A stretch of DNA of 64,000 bases. Source: Actinomycetota bacterium (GTDB lineage: Bacteria > Actinomycetota > Acidimicrobiia > Spongiisociales > ZC4RG35). Positions 10,356 through 20,201 of this stretch are shown here, piece after piece. Position 1 is the first letter of the stretch, and every line of letters begins with the position of its first letter. The stretch lies in assembly GCA_046537785.1 (NCBI GenBank), contig JBKHKD010000015.1, positions 846 through 64,845 of the forward strand, written 5' to 3'. Both the position numbers and the translations under genes were made by a program. The notes beneath the pieces are model-generated. The model ran no database searches. It saw only the letters and a program-made list of their open reading frames with translations, and was not told where the DNA came from.

Positions 10356-11416
10356 AGCACCCGTCCCAGACGTATGACCCGGGCCGGATGCTCCAACACA
10401 CCCGGATCGTCGATGGGGTTGTCCGGGAAAAACACTGCGTCAGCGGGAGCACCGACAGCGAAGGCCGCCTCCCGGCCCGTGGCGAGGAAGGCCGAAGTCG
10501 AAACCGCCTCGACTATTTGGGCGTTGGTGAGTCCGTACTCGGCGAGCTTGACGGCCTCGGCGGCGACGTTGGCGGGAGAGCCGATCAAGTCGGTCCCGGC
10601 AAGAACATGCACACCTGCCTCGACGGCCAGGGGAAGCAGGCGGGCAATCCGGTCCAGACCCTCGACGAACAGCTTGCCGCCACTCGACTCGGCACCCAAT
10701 TGCTCCAACGTTGCCTCACACCGCAGAATGGTCGGCACCCACATGCCTCCGCGGGCAGCCAGTGGCTCCAGGTCGTCTTCGCGGAGAAACAGTCCGTGCT
10801 CGATCGACTGGACGCCGGCGGCGACCGCCATGGAGGGAACCTCCCGCGCCATGGTGTGGATCGCCACTCTCGCTCCGGCATCTGCTGCGGCCCTGACGGC
10901 GGTCCTCAACTCCATTTCGTCGAAGTTGGCCATGGGCCCGACCCCCCGGCGGGGCCAGTCGCCCGAGAGCTTCACCCAACCGGCTCCCGACTCTGCTTCG
11001 GAACGAACCGCCGATTCCAGTTCCTCGGGGGCGACCTCGTAGGCAAATCCGGGGTAGTACCCGCCCTCACTCGCGATCATCCTGGCCGCGGCCTCGATCT
11101 CGGGACGCTCCTCGCGGGGGACGGCGCCAATGACCTTGATCGTGGTGTCGTCGGCCCATCCTTTATCCAAGAGAAAGGTCACTCCGGCCTCGAGCGACCG
11201 CCTCGCCCGGTCCTTGGCTCCATCGAAGTCGCCAGGCGCGTAATTCAGTTCCGCCGAGGCGAGGTGGGCGTGAGCATCGACGAGACCGGGCAGAGCCCAG
11301 AGCCCGGCGCCGAAAACCTGGTCTGCCGTTCCTGCGGCTTCGGCCCAACGCCCCTCGACGATGTCACGCTCCACGACGTCGCCGCCTGGAGACCTCAGAG
11401 ATACTCGAAGACTCAC
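10352..11416 (-). CDS. Metal-dependent amidohydrolase
   Basis: PGLVDAHAHL, AIHT, IEHG, AGTD motifs; start uncertain (GTG 11416). Confidence 0.85.
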   Translation of the reverse strand: MSLRVSLRSPGGDVVERDIVEGRWAEAAGTADQVFGAGLWALPGLVDAHAHLASAELNYAPGDFDGAKDRARRSLEAGVTFLLDKGWADDTTIKVIGAVPREERPEIEAAARMIASEGGYYPGFAYEVAPEELESAVRSEAESGAGWVKLSGDWPRRGVGPMANFDEMELRTAVRAAADAGARVAIHTMAREVPSMAVAAGVQSIEHGLFLREDDLEPLAARGGMWVPTILRCEATLEQLGAESSGGKLFVEGLDRIARLLPLAVEAGVHVLAGTDLIGSPANVAAEAVKLAEYGLTNAQIVEAVSTSAFLATGREAAFAVGAPADAVFFPDNPIDDPGVLEHPARVIRLGRVL

Positions 11417-11449
11417 GATGGAGACGGTAACTGCCGACAAAGCCTGATA

Positions 11450-12835
11450 ATGACTCCGATGAGACGACTTTTGGTTGCCGCTTTGCTGGCACTGAACGCA
11501 TGCTCCTCGCCCGCAGTGGTGACCACGACAACGGCGGACCCGGTGACGACCGCTCCCCCGCAGACCGTCACGACCCTCCCGACCGTCGACGTCGAAATCC
11601 AGAACTGCGACTCCCCTCCGGTGACATTCAGCCCCTTCTGTGAGGTGTATGAGCTGTTGGAAACCTGGTATGTCGACAACCCGGTCGACGCAGGGCGCCT
11701 GGCCCGTCTGGCCGTGGAGGGTCTCGCCGAATTCGAGTCGACGGAGTTCGAAGAACCGCCACGCACCCTGTTCTGCGCCATCCCGGATCAGGAGTTCAGC
11801 CCCCTCTGCGACGCATTGGCCGATCGTGTCGCTACTTCGCAGATTCCGGTAGGGCCGGCTGTCGAGCACGCCATGTCGTACATGATCGACAACGGACTGG
11901 ATCCTTTCACCTACTACCTCCCGCCCGGACAGACCGGCTCGGTGAGACTCAACGGAATCGTGGGCGGGATCGGGGTTGTGCTCGACGCCCGCGATGCCGT
12001 TGGATCGAAATGCACCCGCATCACCGACGTGTGCCGACTCGAGGTAATCGTCGTCCTGGAGGACAACCCGGCCATGGCAGCAGGATTGCAGAAAGGCGAC
12101 ATCATCACCCACGTCGACGGCGAGTCCGTGGAGGGCAAGGGTTTCACGACCGTGGTCTCCGAGATCGCCGGTGACGAGGCCGGGACGGTGGAGCTGACTG
12201 TGGAGCGGGCAGACAACGAGATGTCATTCTCCATCGAACGCACCGAACTGGTGACGCCGACGGTGGAGTACGGGGTCCCGGTAGGGGGCGTGGGTTACAT
12301 CAGGATCCCGGATTTCGAGTTCGACATCCCCCAATTGGTGCACGAGAGCCTCGACGAGATCGCCGCCGAGGCCCCGGGGACACTCGTGGTCGATCTGCGG
12401 GACAACCCGGGTGGCTACATCGACTCGGTCGTGGAGGTTGCGGACGAGTTCATTGACAGTGGCGTGGTCATGGTCAGCGACGCCCCGGCGGAACATCTCG
12501 AATACGAAGCGGAGCCGGGAGGGCCGGCCACCGGGCAACGCCTGGTAGTCCTGGTGAACGAGGGGACCGCGTCCGCGGCAGAGGTGCTTGCCGGTGCCCT
12601 TAGGGATCGCCGCAGCGCCATGGTGTTGGGCACCAACACGTTCGGTAAAGACGCTGTCCAGATAGCCTTCCCACTGCGCAACGGCGGCGAGTTTCATCTC
12701 GCCGTCGCACGGTGGTCCACACCCGATGGCGAGACCGCTGGGGACGGTGGATTGACCCCTGACCGGGAGGTCGCGTGGCCCGCCGGCTCCACCGTCGAGG
12801 AGATCGTCGAGATGGCAATGGAAGCTACCCAATGA
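11450..12835 (+). CDS. S41 carboxy-terminal processing peptidase (CtpA-like), lipoprotein
   Basis: Lipobox LNAC, PDZ (GGIG), DLRDNPGG, TASAAE catalytic Ser, FGK Lys. Confidence 0.9.
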   Translation: MTPMRRLLVAALLALNACSSPAVVTTTTADPVTTAPPQTVTTLPTVDVEIQNCDSPPVTFSPFCEVYELLETWYVDNPVDAGRLARLAVEGLAEFESTEFEEPPRTLFCAIPDQEFSPLCDALADRVATSQIPVGPAVEHAMSYMIDNGLDPFTYYLPPGQTGSVRLNGIVGGIGVVLDARDAVGSKCTRITDVCRLEVIVVLEDNPAMAAGLQKGDIITHVDGESVEGKGFTTVVSEIAGDEAGTVELTVERADNEMSFSIERTELVTPTVEYGVPVGGVGYIRIPDFEFDIPQLVHESLDEIAAEAPGTLVVDLRDNPGGYIDSVVEVADEFIDSGVVMVSDAPAEHLEYEAEPGGPATGQRLVVLVNEGTASAAEVLAGALRDRRSAMVLGTNTFGKDAVQIAFPLRNGGEFHLAVARWSTPDGETAGDGGLTPDREVAWPAGSTVEEIVEMAMEATQ

Positions 12836-14241
12836 GAATGAGAAAGACCCTGCCTGCCCTCCTGGCAGTCCTGCTGCTCATGGTGGCGTGCACGCCCGAC
12901 GCGTCGACGACCACCACCACCGACGCAGCCACCACGTCGACACGGGCAGACACGACAACATCTTCAGCAGACGCGCCTGGCACCACCACCGTCGACGACC
13001 GCGAAGTTCGAATTGTCGGTTGCGACGAAGCCGGCGAAGAGGTCGCCATCGTCTGCGAGGCATACGACTTGATCATGGAGAACTACGTCGACGACGTGGA
13101 CCCCTCGACCCTCGCCGATGCGGCGCGAATGGGGCTTGAGGAGCTCGACGGAGCGGACTCCGGCGAACTCCTCGTCTGTGCCACGCCCAGCGACAGCTTC
13201 ACCGACGTGTGCGACACCGCGGCCGCGGAGGCCGATGACAGCGCTGAGGCGGCAGAGGCGATCGTCGCCGGCCTGGCCACCTTTGGACTCGACGCCAACT
13301 CCGCCTACCTGGACCCTGCTTCTCTCGATCTCCTCCAGGAGGAACAGGAGGGCCAGATCCAGGGAATCGGCGCCCTCGTGTCACCTGAGGACGAGACCAT
13401 CTCGGGCGAGAACAAGCAGTGCGGGGTGGTGTCGGAGACATGCCAGATCATCATCGTGTCCACGATCAGCGGGGCACCAGCGGAGGAGGCCGGACTGAAG
13501 CGCGACGACGTCCTTGTGGAAGTGGACGGCCAGTCGACCATCGGCTGGACAGTCGACGAGGTGACCGCCGCAGTTCGGGGACCCTCCGGGACCGATGTGA
13601 CCCTGACCTTGGATCGCGACGGGGAGCAAGTGGAGGTCACGATCACCCGGGAAGCCGTTGTGATCCCGGTGATCGAGACCGAGACCATCGGAGACGTGGG
13701 CTATGTGACACTGGCGAACTTTGGCGGGAACGCGGCGTCCCAGCTCGAACAGGCCGTCTTCGATCTGTTGTCCGACGGAGTCGACGAGCTGGTAATTGAC
13801 CTGCGCAACAACCCGGGAGGGTTCCTCACCACGGCCATCGACGTCACATCGGTCTTTCTCGAAAACGGTGATGTAGTGGTGACGGAAGAGCCCGATGAGT
13901 CGACCACCTATTCGGTGAATGGGGACTCCATCGTTCCCGAGGACATAGACATCTCCGTGGTGGTGAACCGAGGCAGCGCCTCGGCCTCGGAGGTGGTGGC
14001 AGCCGTTCTCCAGGAGAGAGGAAGGGCTCAGATCGTGGGGGAGAACAGCTTCGGCAAGAACACGGTCCAGCAGAGGTTCAGTCTCTCCAACGACGGAGCT
14101 CTAAAGCTCACCGTCGCCCGTTGGCTCACCCCCGGTGGATACGACTTCGGAGGCACCGGTGTGGAGCCTGACGTCGAACTCGACGTGAACGGGCTCACCC
14201 CCGAGGAACTTGTGGCTGCGGTTGCGGAGACCTCTGCCTGA
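12832..14241 (+). CDS. S41 carboxy-terminal processing peptidase (CtpA-like), lipoprotein, paralogue 2
   Basis: Lipobox MVAC, QGIG PDZ, DLRNNPGG, SASASE, FGK; ATGA overlap with paralogue 1. Confidence 0.9.
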   Translation: MRMRKTLPALLAVLLLMVACTPDASTTTTTDAATTSTRADTTTSSADAPGTTTVDDREVRIVGCDEAGEEVAIVCEAYDLIMENYVDDVDPSTLADAARMGLEELDGADSGELLVCATPSDSFTDVCDTAAAEADDSAEAAEAIVAGLATFGLDANSAYLDPASLDLLQEEQEGQIQGIGALVSPEDETISGENKQCGVVSETCQIIIVSTISGAPAEEAGLKRDDVLVEVDGQSTIGWTVDEVTAAVRGPSGTDVTLTLDRDGEQVEVTITREAVVIPVIETETIGDVGYVTLANFGGNAASQLEQAVFDLLSDGVDELVIDLRNNPGGFLTTAIDVTSVFLENGDVVVTEEPDESTTYSVNGDSIVPEDIDISVVVNRGSASASEVVAAVLQERGRAQIVGENSFGKNTVQQRFSLSNDGALKLTVARWLTPGGYDFGGTGVEPDVELDVNGLTPEELVAAVAETSA

Positions 14242-14631
14242 TCAGCCAGTCCGGGCCTCGATCGGAACCAGCTTCCACCGTCCGTAGGCGATGTAGGCGA
14301 GAATGATCGCGTTTACGACGTTGACCCCAATGTTGAGCATCTCATCGCGGCCCAAATGCCACACGACGGCGCCCACCATGATGACGACCAGCCCCAGGGC
14401 CGCCAGCGGTGTGAGCTCCGGCCGGATCCTCGTGATGCTTGGAAGGATCAGCCCGAGACCTCCGAGAATCTCGGCGGTGCCCGTCACGGCATGCAAGGTG
14501 TCGCTCAGCTCGTACATCCACGCCAGCTGGGTCGGCAAGCCCTCGGGCACAACGAAGTGCATCACCCCGATGGCGAGGAAGTAGACGCCGAACAGCCATT
14601 GCAGCACCCAGAGTGCTCTGTCGTGGCTCAT
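14242..14631 (-). CDS. DoxX family membrane protein
   Basis: Four TM segments, GTAEILGGLGLILP…LTPLAALGL pattern. Confidence 0.85.
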   Translation of the reverse strand: MSHDRALWVLQWLFGVYFLAIGVMHFVVPEGLPTQLAWMYELSDTLHAVTGTAEILGGLGLILPSITRIRPELTPLAALGLVVIMVGAVVWHLGRDEMLNIGVNVVNAIILAYIAYGRWKLVPIEARTG

Positions 14632-14634
14632 TGC

Positions 14635-15273
14635 TCAGTTGAGGCCGGGGTAGGAGATCCCCGTGTTGGCATGACAGTCGTAGCCATAGGGGTTCTTTCC
14701 CAGATACTGCTGGTGATAGTCCTCGGCGTAGTAGTACTCACCCAGTGGCTCTATCTCGGTCGTGATCTCGCCGAATCCCTGCTCGTTCAGCACGGCCTGG
14801 TAGACGTCCCTCGACCGCTTCGCCTGGTCGAGCTGTTCATCGGTCGTCGTATAGATGGCCGAGCGATACTGGGTGCCGACGTCGTTGCCCTGCCGGTACC
14901 CCTGGGTCGGGTCGTGGGTCTCCCAGAAGACCCGGAGCAACTCGTCATAGGAGATCTCGGCGGGCCGGTAGACGACCATCACGACCTCGGCATGGCCCGT
15001 CTTCCCCGTGCACACCTCCTCGTAGGTCGGATTGGGGGTCGTGCCGCCGGCATAGCCGGCTGACGTGGTGTATACCCCCGGCAGCTTCCAGAAGCGGCGC
15101 TCGGCACCCCAGAAACAACCCATGCCGAAGACGGCCACTTCGGTGTCGTCGGGGAAAGGCCCTTCAAGGGGATTGCCGTTGACGAAGTGGGCCACGGGTA
15201 CGGGTACGGGCTCCTCACGTCCCGGGAGTGCGTCTCCCTCGGTGGGCATCTCCAGGTTCTTTCTCCCAAACAT
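14635..15273 (-). CDS. msrA: Peptide methionine sulfoxide reductase A
   Basis: [30 protein letters not shown]; SD AAGGAGG before ATG 15273. Confidence 0.97.
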   Translation of the reverse strand: MFGRKNLEMPTEGDALPGREEPVPVPVAHFVNGNPLEGPFPDDTEVAVFGMGCFWGAERRFWKLPGVYTTSAGYAGGTTPNPTYEEVCTGKTGHAEVVMVVYRPAEISYDELLRVFWETHDPTQGYRQGNDVGTQYRSAIYTTTDEQLDQAKRSRDVYQAVLNEQGFGEITTEIEPLGEYYYAEDYHQQYLGKNPYGYDCHANTGISYPGLN

Positions 15274-15290
15274 CTCGAACCTCCTTGGGT

Positions 15291-15686
15291 TCAGTCGGCG
15301 GCCCGACCGGACAACATGGCTTCGAGCTCCATCTCGACCAGCCATCTTGGGTCCAGCAGTCCTTCCACTACAACCATCGTGGCCGCCGGCCTTATTTCAC
15401 CGAAGATCTCGCCGTGTGCCTGTCCGACGGCATCGGCAATGCCGGGATCGGTGATGAACACCCGGGTCCGGACGACGTCCGTGGCTGCGCCACCGGCCTC
15501 TTTCAATGCATCCAGCATGATCTCGAGACAACGTCTCGCCTGGGTACCGGGATCCGGGTCCACGAAGTCCTCGGGCCAGATCGGGGCGGTTCCCGCCACG
15601 ATCACCCGATGGTCAATTCTCACCGCCCGGCTAAACCCGTATCGGGCCTCATAGGGGGAACCGGAGGAGACGTTCTGACGTGTCAT
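15291..15686 (-). CDS. RidA/YjgF family protein
   Basis: [27 protein letters not shown]. Confidence 0.9.
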   Translation of the reverse strand: MTRQNVSSGSPYEARYGFSRAVRIDHRVIVAGTAPIWPEDFVDPDPGTQARRCLEIMLDALKEAGGAATDVVRTRVFITDPGIADAVGQAHGEIFGEIRPAATMVVVEGLLDPRWLVEMELEAMLSGRAAD

Positions 15687-15763
15687 CAGCGGGAGACTAG
15701 GGGGCCCGAGCCTGTTGCCACTTCTCCCTGACGTGCCGAGTTGGTTACCATTTTCGACACCCA

Positions 15764-16930
15764 ATGCGGTTCGTTCGCCCCTTCTCGGCATTACTCGCCC
15801 TGTCCCTCGTGACGTCGCTGATCGTCTCGAGCGGCACACTGGCACGCGCCCAGTCGACCGACGAAGCGGAAGAGGCTGTGGAAGAGGCCGAAGAGAGAGC
15901 GGACAGGGCTTCAGGTCTCGTCGATGAGGCGGTGGAGGATCGCGAGGAGATCGAACGACAGCTCGCCGAGTCCATCTCCCGGCTCAACGAGCTGACCACC
16001 GAGCTGTCCGAAGTGGGAGCGGATATCGATCGGATCGCCTCCCAGGTCGGCTATGCCGACGTCGAGCTGGCCGGAATCCAGGCGGACATCGAGACTCAGG
16101 CTGTCGACGCCTACATGACAGTCGTGGCATCTCCCAGCGTGCACGTCGTGAACAGCGGCACCGTGGAGAAAGCACTGGTGGCCAGCTCCGTCGTCGAGGG
16201 CGTGGTCGCCGAAGGCCGGCTGACGGTGAGCGAGCTTTTCGCGCAGCGAAAGGGCCTGATGGATCTCCAACAGACCTTTCTGGCCGACCAGGAGGAGTAC
16301 GCAAGTCTCCAGGAAGAGGTGGACGCGGAAGTCGAGAGGTACACCGAGCTCTATGAGCGCGCCGATGCCAACGTCGCCGAGACCATCCGGGAAGCTCAAG
16401 CCGCCGACCGTGCCTACCGGGAGGCGCTGACCGCAGTGGAGGTGGCCCAGGCCAAGGAGGACGAACAGAGGCGTCAGGAGAATCGGGAGACCAACGACGA
16501 CACCACGACCACCGCGCCTCCGACCACGTCCCCACCTTCATCGGGGACGAGCCCCACGACCACGGCCTCGCAGACGACCACCAGCACCACAGCTGGAGGC
16601 GGCTCCTGGAATCATCCCCCGGCCGTCGAGCAGTGGCGCTCACTCGTCCAGCAGTTCTTCCCGTCCCACCGTGTCGAGGAGGCGCTGCGCATCATCAACT
16701 GCGAGTCGAACGGCGACCCCGATGCGGTCAACCCCTACTCGGGAGCGGCGGGTCTCTTCCAGTTCCTCCCCTCCACCTGGGCTTCCACGGCACCGAAGGC
16801 GGGTTATCCGGAGGCCAGCCCGCATAACCCGGAGGCCAACGTCGCCTCAGCGGCGTGGCTGGCCAATCGCTATCAGGAGTTGGGGCTCTACTACTGGGAG
16901 GCCTGGAACTGCAAGCGGATGCTCGACTGA
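15764..16930 (+). CDS. Secreted coiled-coil protein with C-terminal SLT/lysozyme-like lytic transglycosylase domain
   Basis: Signal peptide, long coiled coil, Thr linker, INCESNG (catalytic Glu), AAGLFQF. Confidence 0.85.
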   Translation: MRFVRPFSALLALSLVTSLIVSSGTLARAQSTDEAEEAVEEAEERADRASGLVDEAVEDREEIERQLAESISRLNELTTELSEVGADIDRIASQVGYADVELAGIQADIETQAVDAYMTVVASPSVHVVNSGTVEKALVASSVVEGVVAEGRLTVSELFAQRKGLMDLQQTFLADQEEYASLQEEVDAEVERYTELYERADANVAETIREAQAADRAYREALTAVEVAQAKEDEQRRQENRETNDDTTTTAPPTTSPPSSGTSPTTTASQTTTSTTAGGGSWNHPPAVEQWRSLVQQFFPSHRVEEALRIINCESNGDPDAVNPYSGAAGLFQFLPSTWASTAPKAGYPEASPHNPEANVASAAWLANRYQELGLYYWEAWNCKRMLD

Positions 16931-16939
16931 GTCACCCGG

Positions 16940-17713
16940 TTAACCCTCGCTCGCGTGGGCCACGAGCATGGAGCGATCGAGAGAGCCCGCAATAGCAGCG
17001 GCCGTAGAGCCCACAACGATCCGGCGAATCTTTCCATGTCCCCTCGCCCCCATGACGATCAGATCAGGATCTATCTTCTCGACTTCGTCGACGATCGCAT
17101 GAGTCGGCCGCCCCTGGCGAACCACCGTGTCGACCGGGTCCGCACCACACCACGAGAGAACGTCGGTGGCGCTATTCAAGGCCTCGTCGGAGTCGAACCG
17201 TCGCTCAGCCACGGTGACGACGTGCACGCCCACGCCGTCGAGCCACGGAAGACTCGCCAGGGTGTGCACCGCTCGACGGGCGTGCTCCGATCCGTCGGTG
17301 GCCACGAGCACCTTGCGGACCGGGCCCGGTTGGCGGGCAATGAGAAGCGGGGAAACCGGCTGACGAAGCAACCAGTCGGCGGTGCTCCCGAGGTGCAGCG
17401 ATTTGAGCATGCCAGAGCCGCGGGGTCCGATCGTCACCAGATCCCACGGTTTTTCGATCAGGGCCAGGCGGGGATCGATCGCTCCACGCAGGTTCACGAC
17501 CGAATCGAAACCGAGACCTTCCGGATCGCGCGGATCATCTGGCTCCCAGGGGTGTAACCGGGCCTCTTCCTCCTCGACGGGCCGCATGTCCTCCGGTGGG
17601 TCGGCGGTGACGATCTCGAGACTCCAACCCGGCCACCGATGGCCCGCTATCCAGTCCCACGCAGTGTCAGCTCCGGGCGAGTGATCGTCCCCGAAGGCCA
17701 TCGTGTGGTTCAT
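16940..17713 (-). CDS. Tandem-domain universal stress protein
   Basis: VATDGSEHA, GARGHG…VGSTA, LGSTA motifs. Confidence 0.9.
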   Translation of the reverse strand: MNHTMAFGDDHSPGADTAWDWIAGHRWPGWSLEIVTADPPEDMRPVEEEEARLHPWEPDDPRDPEGLGFDSVVNLRGAIDPRLALIEKPWDLVTIGPRGSGMLKSLHLGSTADWLLRQPVSPLLIARQPGPVRKVLVATDGSEHARRAVHTLASLPWLDGVGVHVVTVAERRFDSDEALNSATDVLSWCGADPVDTVVRQGRPTHAIVDEVEKIDPDLIVMGARGHGKIRRIVVGSTAAAIAGSLDRSMLVAHASEG

Positions 17714-18693
17714 GGTGCCGCTGCCTCCTCCTCTTCACGCTCCGCCTTGAGCGACGCCCAAATCGTCACCGTGAGGACGATCGCGATGACGGTGAGGCTG
17801 ATCCAGGTCGGCATGTGGTATTGCTCGGCGAAAAGCATTTTCACCCCAACGAAGGCGAGGATGACGCCCAGGCCGGCATTGAGGTAGCGGAACCGGCCCT
17901 GCATGCCAGCGAGGAGGAAGTAGAGTGCACGCAGTCCCAGGATGGCGAAGGCGTTCGAGGCGAACACGATGAACTCTTCGCGTGAAACGGCCAGGATGGC
18001 GGGGATCGAATCCACCGCGAACACGACGTCGGTGGTCTCAACGAGGATCAGCACCGCGAACAGCGGGGTCGCCAACAACCTTCCGTGCTTGCGGGTGAAC
18101 AGCTTTTGTCCGTCCAGTTCGGGCGTGGAAGGGATCATCTTCTGGACCAACTTCAGCACCGGATTGTCCTCGGGGTGGACCTCGGCCTCTTCGTGCTTGT
18201 AGATCCTCCAGGCAGTGAACAACAGGAAGGCGCCGAAAACATAGAGCACCCAATCGAAGCGCTCGAGAAGGGCGACTCCGGCGAAGATGAAGAGAGCCCG
18301 TAACACGAGCGCCCCGAAGATTCCCCAGAACAGGACGCGGAACTGGTATTTCCTCGGGACGGCGAAGTAGTTGAAGATCACCGCCCACACGAAGACGTTG
18401 TCCACCGACAGGCTCTTTTCGATCAGATAGCCGGCCAGGTACTCGCCAGACGCCTGCCCACCCTGCCACCAGTACATCACGCCGGTGAAAGCAAGACCAA
18501 TACTGATCCACACTGCCGATTCGATCCCCGCCTCCTTGATGGAGATCTCGTGGGGAGTCCGGTGCACCAAGAGAAGGTCGACGATCAACATGACACTGAT
18601 CGCGGCCACGAGTACGCCCCATATCCATAAGGGAACGTCGAAGCTCGCGTAGTTGGCGCCGGGACTCTCGGCTGCGGCTAGAATGGTGGTCAC
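17710..18693 (-). CDS. TerC/Alx family membrane protein
   Basis: EKSLSVDN, ETTDVVFAVDSIPA, SNAFAILGLR. Confidence 0.95.
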   Translation of the reverse strand: MTTILAAAESPGANYASFDVPLWIWGVLVAAISVMLIVDLLLVHRTPHEISIKEAGIESAVWISIGLAFTGVMYWWQGGQASGEYLAGYLIEKSLSVDNVFVWAVIFNYFAVPRKYQFRVLFWGIFGALVLRALFIFAGVALLERFDWVLYVFGAFLLFTAWRIYKHEEAEVHPEDNPVLKLVQKMIPSTPELDGQKLFTRKHGRLLATPLFAVLILVETTDVVFAVDSIPAILAVSREEFIVFASNAFAILGLRALYFLLAGMQGRFRYLNAGLGVILAFVGVKMLFAEQYHMPTWISLTVIAIVLTVTIWASLKAEREEEEAAAP

Positions 18694-18815
18694 TCACGGC
18701 AATGATATGGCCGGACGTCGGTCGCGCAATTCGCTCGTCCGCTCCGGGTCAACCCCCTATGAATCCGTCCCTGCTTCGACGTATGTTCGACAGATAGCCG
18801 AAAGAGGAGCAGGAA

Positions 18816-19508
18816 ATGTCAACTAGATACTTCACCCCTGCGGTCTTCGCATTCTTGCGCGAGTTGGCGGAGAACAACCAGAAGACGTGGTGGGAGGAGA
18901 ACAAGCAGCGATACATCGAGACGATCCGCGAACCGGCACGCGACTTCATCGCCGACTTCGGGGACCGGATCGGGAGGATCTCATCGCACTTCACTGCCGA
19001 CACGAGAACAAATGGCGGTTCGCTCATGCGGCCCTATCGCGACATGCGATTCTCCAACGGCGTCCCCTACAAGACCAACGTCGGGATTCAGTTCAGACAC
19101 GAGTCCGGCAAGGACGTGCACGCACCCGGTTTCTATCTCCATCTGGAGCCGGGCGAGTGCTTCGCTGGTGTAGGGCTGTGGCGGCCGGAGACGAGGGTGG
19201 CGAGGACGATACGCCAGGCGATCAACGATGATCCCGAAGGCTGGCGACAGGCGGCGCATGGCAAGAGGTTCACCGATATCTGGCAGATCGGGAGCCACAA
19301 CGAGGACCGACTGAAGCGAATCCCCAAAGGGCTAGACGCCGATCACCCCTTCCCCGACGACCTGAGACTCCGCAGCTTCACGGCCGGCACCCGGCTCACC
19401 CAGAAGCTGGTCACTTCGAACAGCTTCGCCGAGGAGCTCTACCGTATGTTCGATCGAGCCGGGCCCTACACCCGGTTTCTGTGCAACGCCATCGGGGTCC
19501 CTTTCTAA
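18816..19508 (+). CDS. DUF2461 (TIGR02453) family protein
   Basis: FLRELAENN…W, RPYRDMRFS…PYK, PGFYLHLEPG; SD GAGGAG. Confidence 0.85.
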   Translation: MSTRYFTPAVFAFLRELAENNQKTWWEENKQRYIETIREPARDFIADFGDRIGRISSHFTADTRTNGGSLMRPYRDMRFSNGVPYKTNVGIQFRHESGKDVHAPGFYLHLEPGECFAGVGLWRPETRVARTIRQAINDDPEGWRQAAHGKRFTDIWQIGSHNEDRLKRIPKGLDADHPFPDDLRLRSFTAGTRLTQKLVTSNSFAEELYRMFDRAGPYTRFLCNAIGVPF

Positions 19509-19590
19509 GGGACTACGGCGGGAACGGTCGACACCAGGGCTGACAGCCTCTAGCTTGTAAGGGCCACCACATTGGGGGGTTGAAGCAGAC

Positions 19591-20004
19591 TTGGCTATCT
19601 ATGACGGCGTGGTCACCCTCGCCGACGACCAGATCCCGGTGATCATCGAGCTCGACGACGACCATGTGCGTCTGTCCGCCTCAGGTACCGAGATCGGGCA
19701 ATGGCGGGCCGACGAGTGCCGGATCGACCCAGTCGATGACATGACGTACACGATCACCGCCGAGGATGAGACCCTGGAGTTCGTCCCCAGCCAACCCGGG
19801 CTGTTCGCCGCAGCATTGAACGGAGCATCGGAGGAGCCGATCGATACTCCGGTACAGCATGCCCAGCCGGCCCCGGAGCCGGTCTCGAGCGCCAGTGCCG
19901 CAGAGGCGCCGCCGCCGAAGCCTCTGACGATGGGACTCTTCTACGCCCTCTGTGTGGTCACCGCAGTCCTGGCCATCTGGTCGCTGATCACGATCATTTT
20001 CTGA
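19591..20004 (+). CDS. Hypothetical protein with C-terminal membrane anchor
   Basis: Beta-rich N-terminal domain, Pro/Ala linker, one C-terminal TM helix. Confidence 0.7.
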   Translation: MAIYDGVVTLADDQIPVIIELDDDHVRLSASGTEIGQWRADECRIDPVDDMTYTITAEDETLEFVPSQPGLFAAALNGASEEPIDTPVQHAQPAPEPVSSASAAEAPPPKPLTMGLFYALCVVTAVLAIWSLITIIF

Positions 20005-20022
20005 GGGGCAGCCTGCGGCTGC

Positions 20023-20151
20023 GTATCGAGTCTTGAGTATGGGGTATGGAGTATGGAAGGCACATGAGGTCAGCGGGGCTGTCCGACCAGGTTCTCGTCG
20101 AGGGGAACTCGTACGGGAAACCGTGCAGTCTCAATACTCGATACTCGATAC
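20023..20151. repeat. Inverted heptamer tandem-repeat element
   Basis: 5 x GTATNGA-like units at 20023-20057 and 3 x inverse TCGATAC-like units at 20131-20151. Confidence 0.75.
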
Positions 20152-20153
20152 AA

Positions 20154-20170
20154 GCTCGGCGAAGCCGAGC
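20154..20170. terminator. GC hairpin between convergent genes
   Basis: GCTCGGC-GAA-GCCGAGC. Confidence 0.4.
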
Positions 20171-20201
20171 GATGTACTGAACTGAGCGACGCGAAGCTCG
20201 C

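Noticed and set aside
18694-18815. Possible yybP-ykoY (Mn) riboswitch upstream of terC
   Set aside because: No recognisable motif, and a TATCAT -10 lies just before the start, implying a leaderless transcript.
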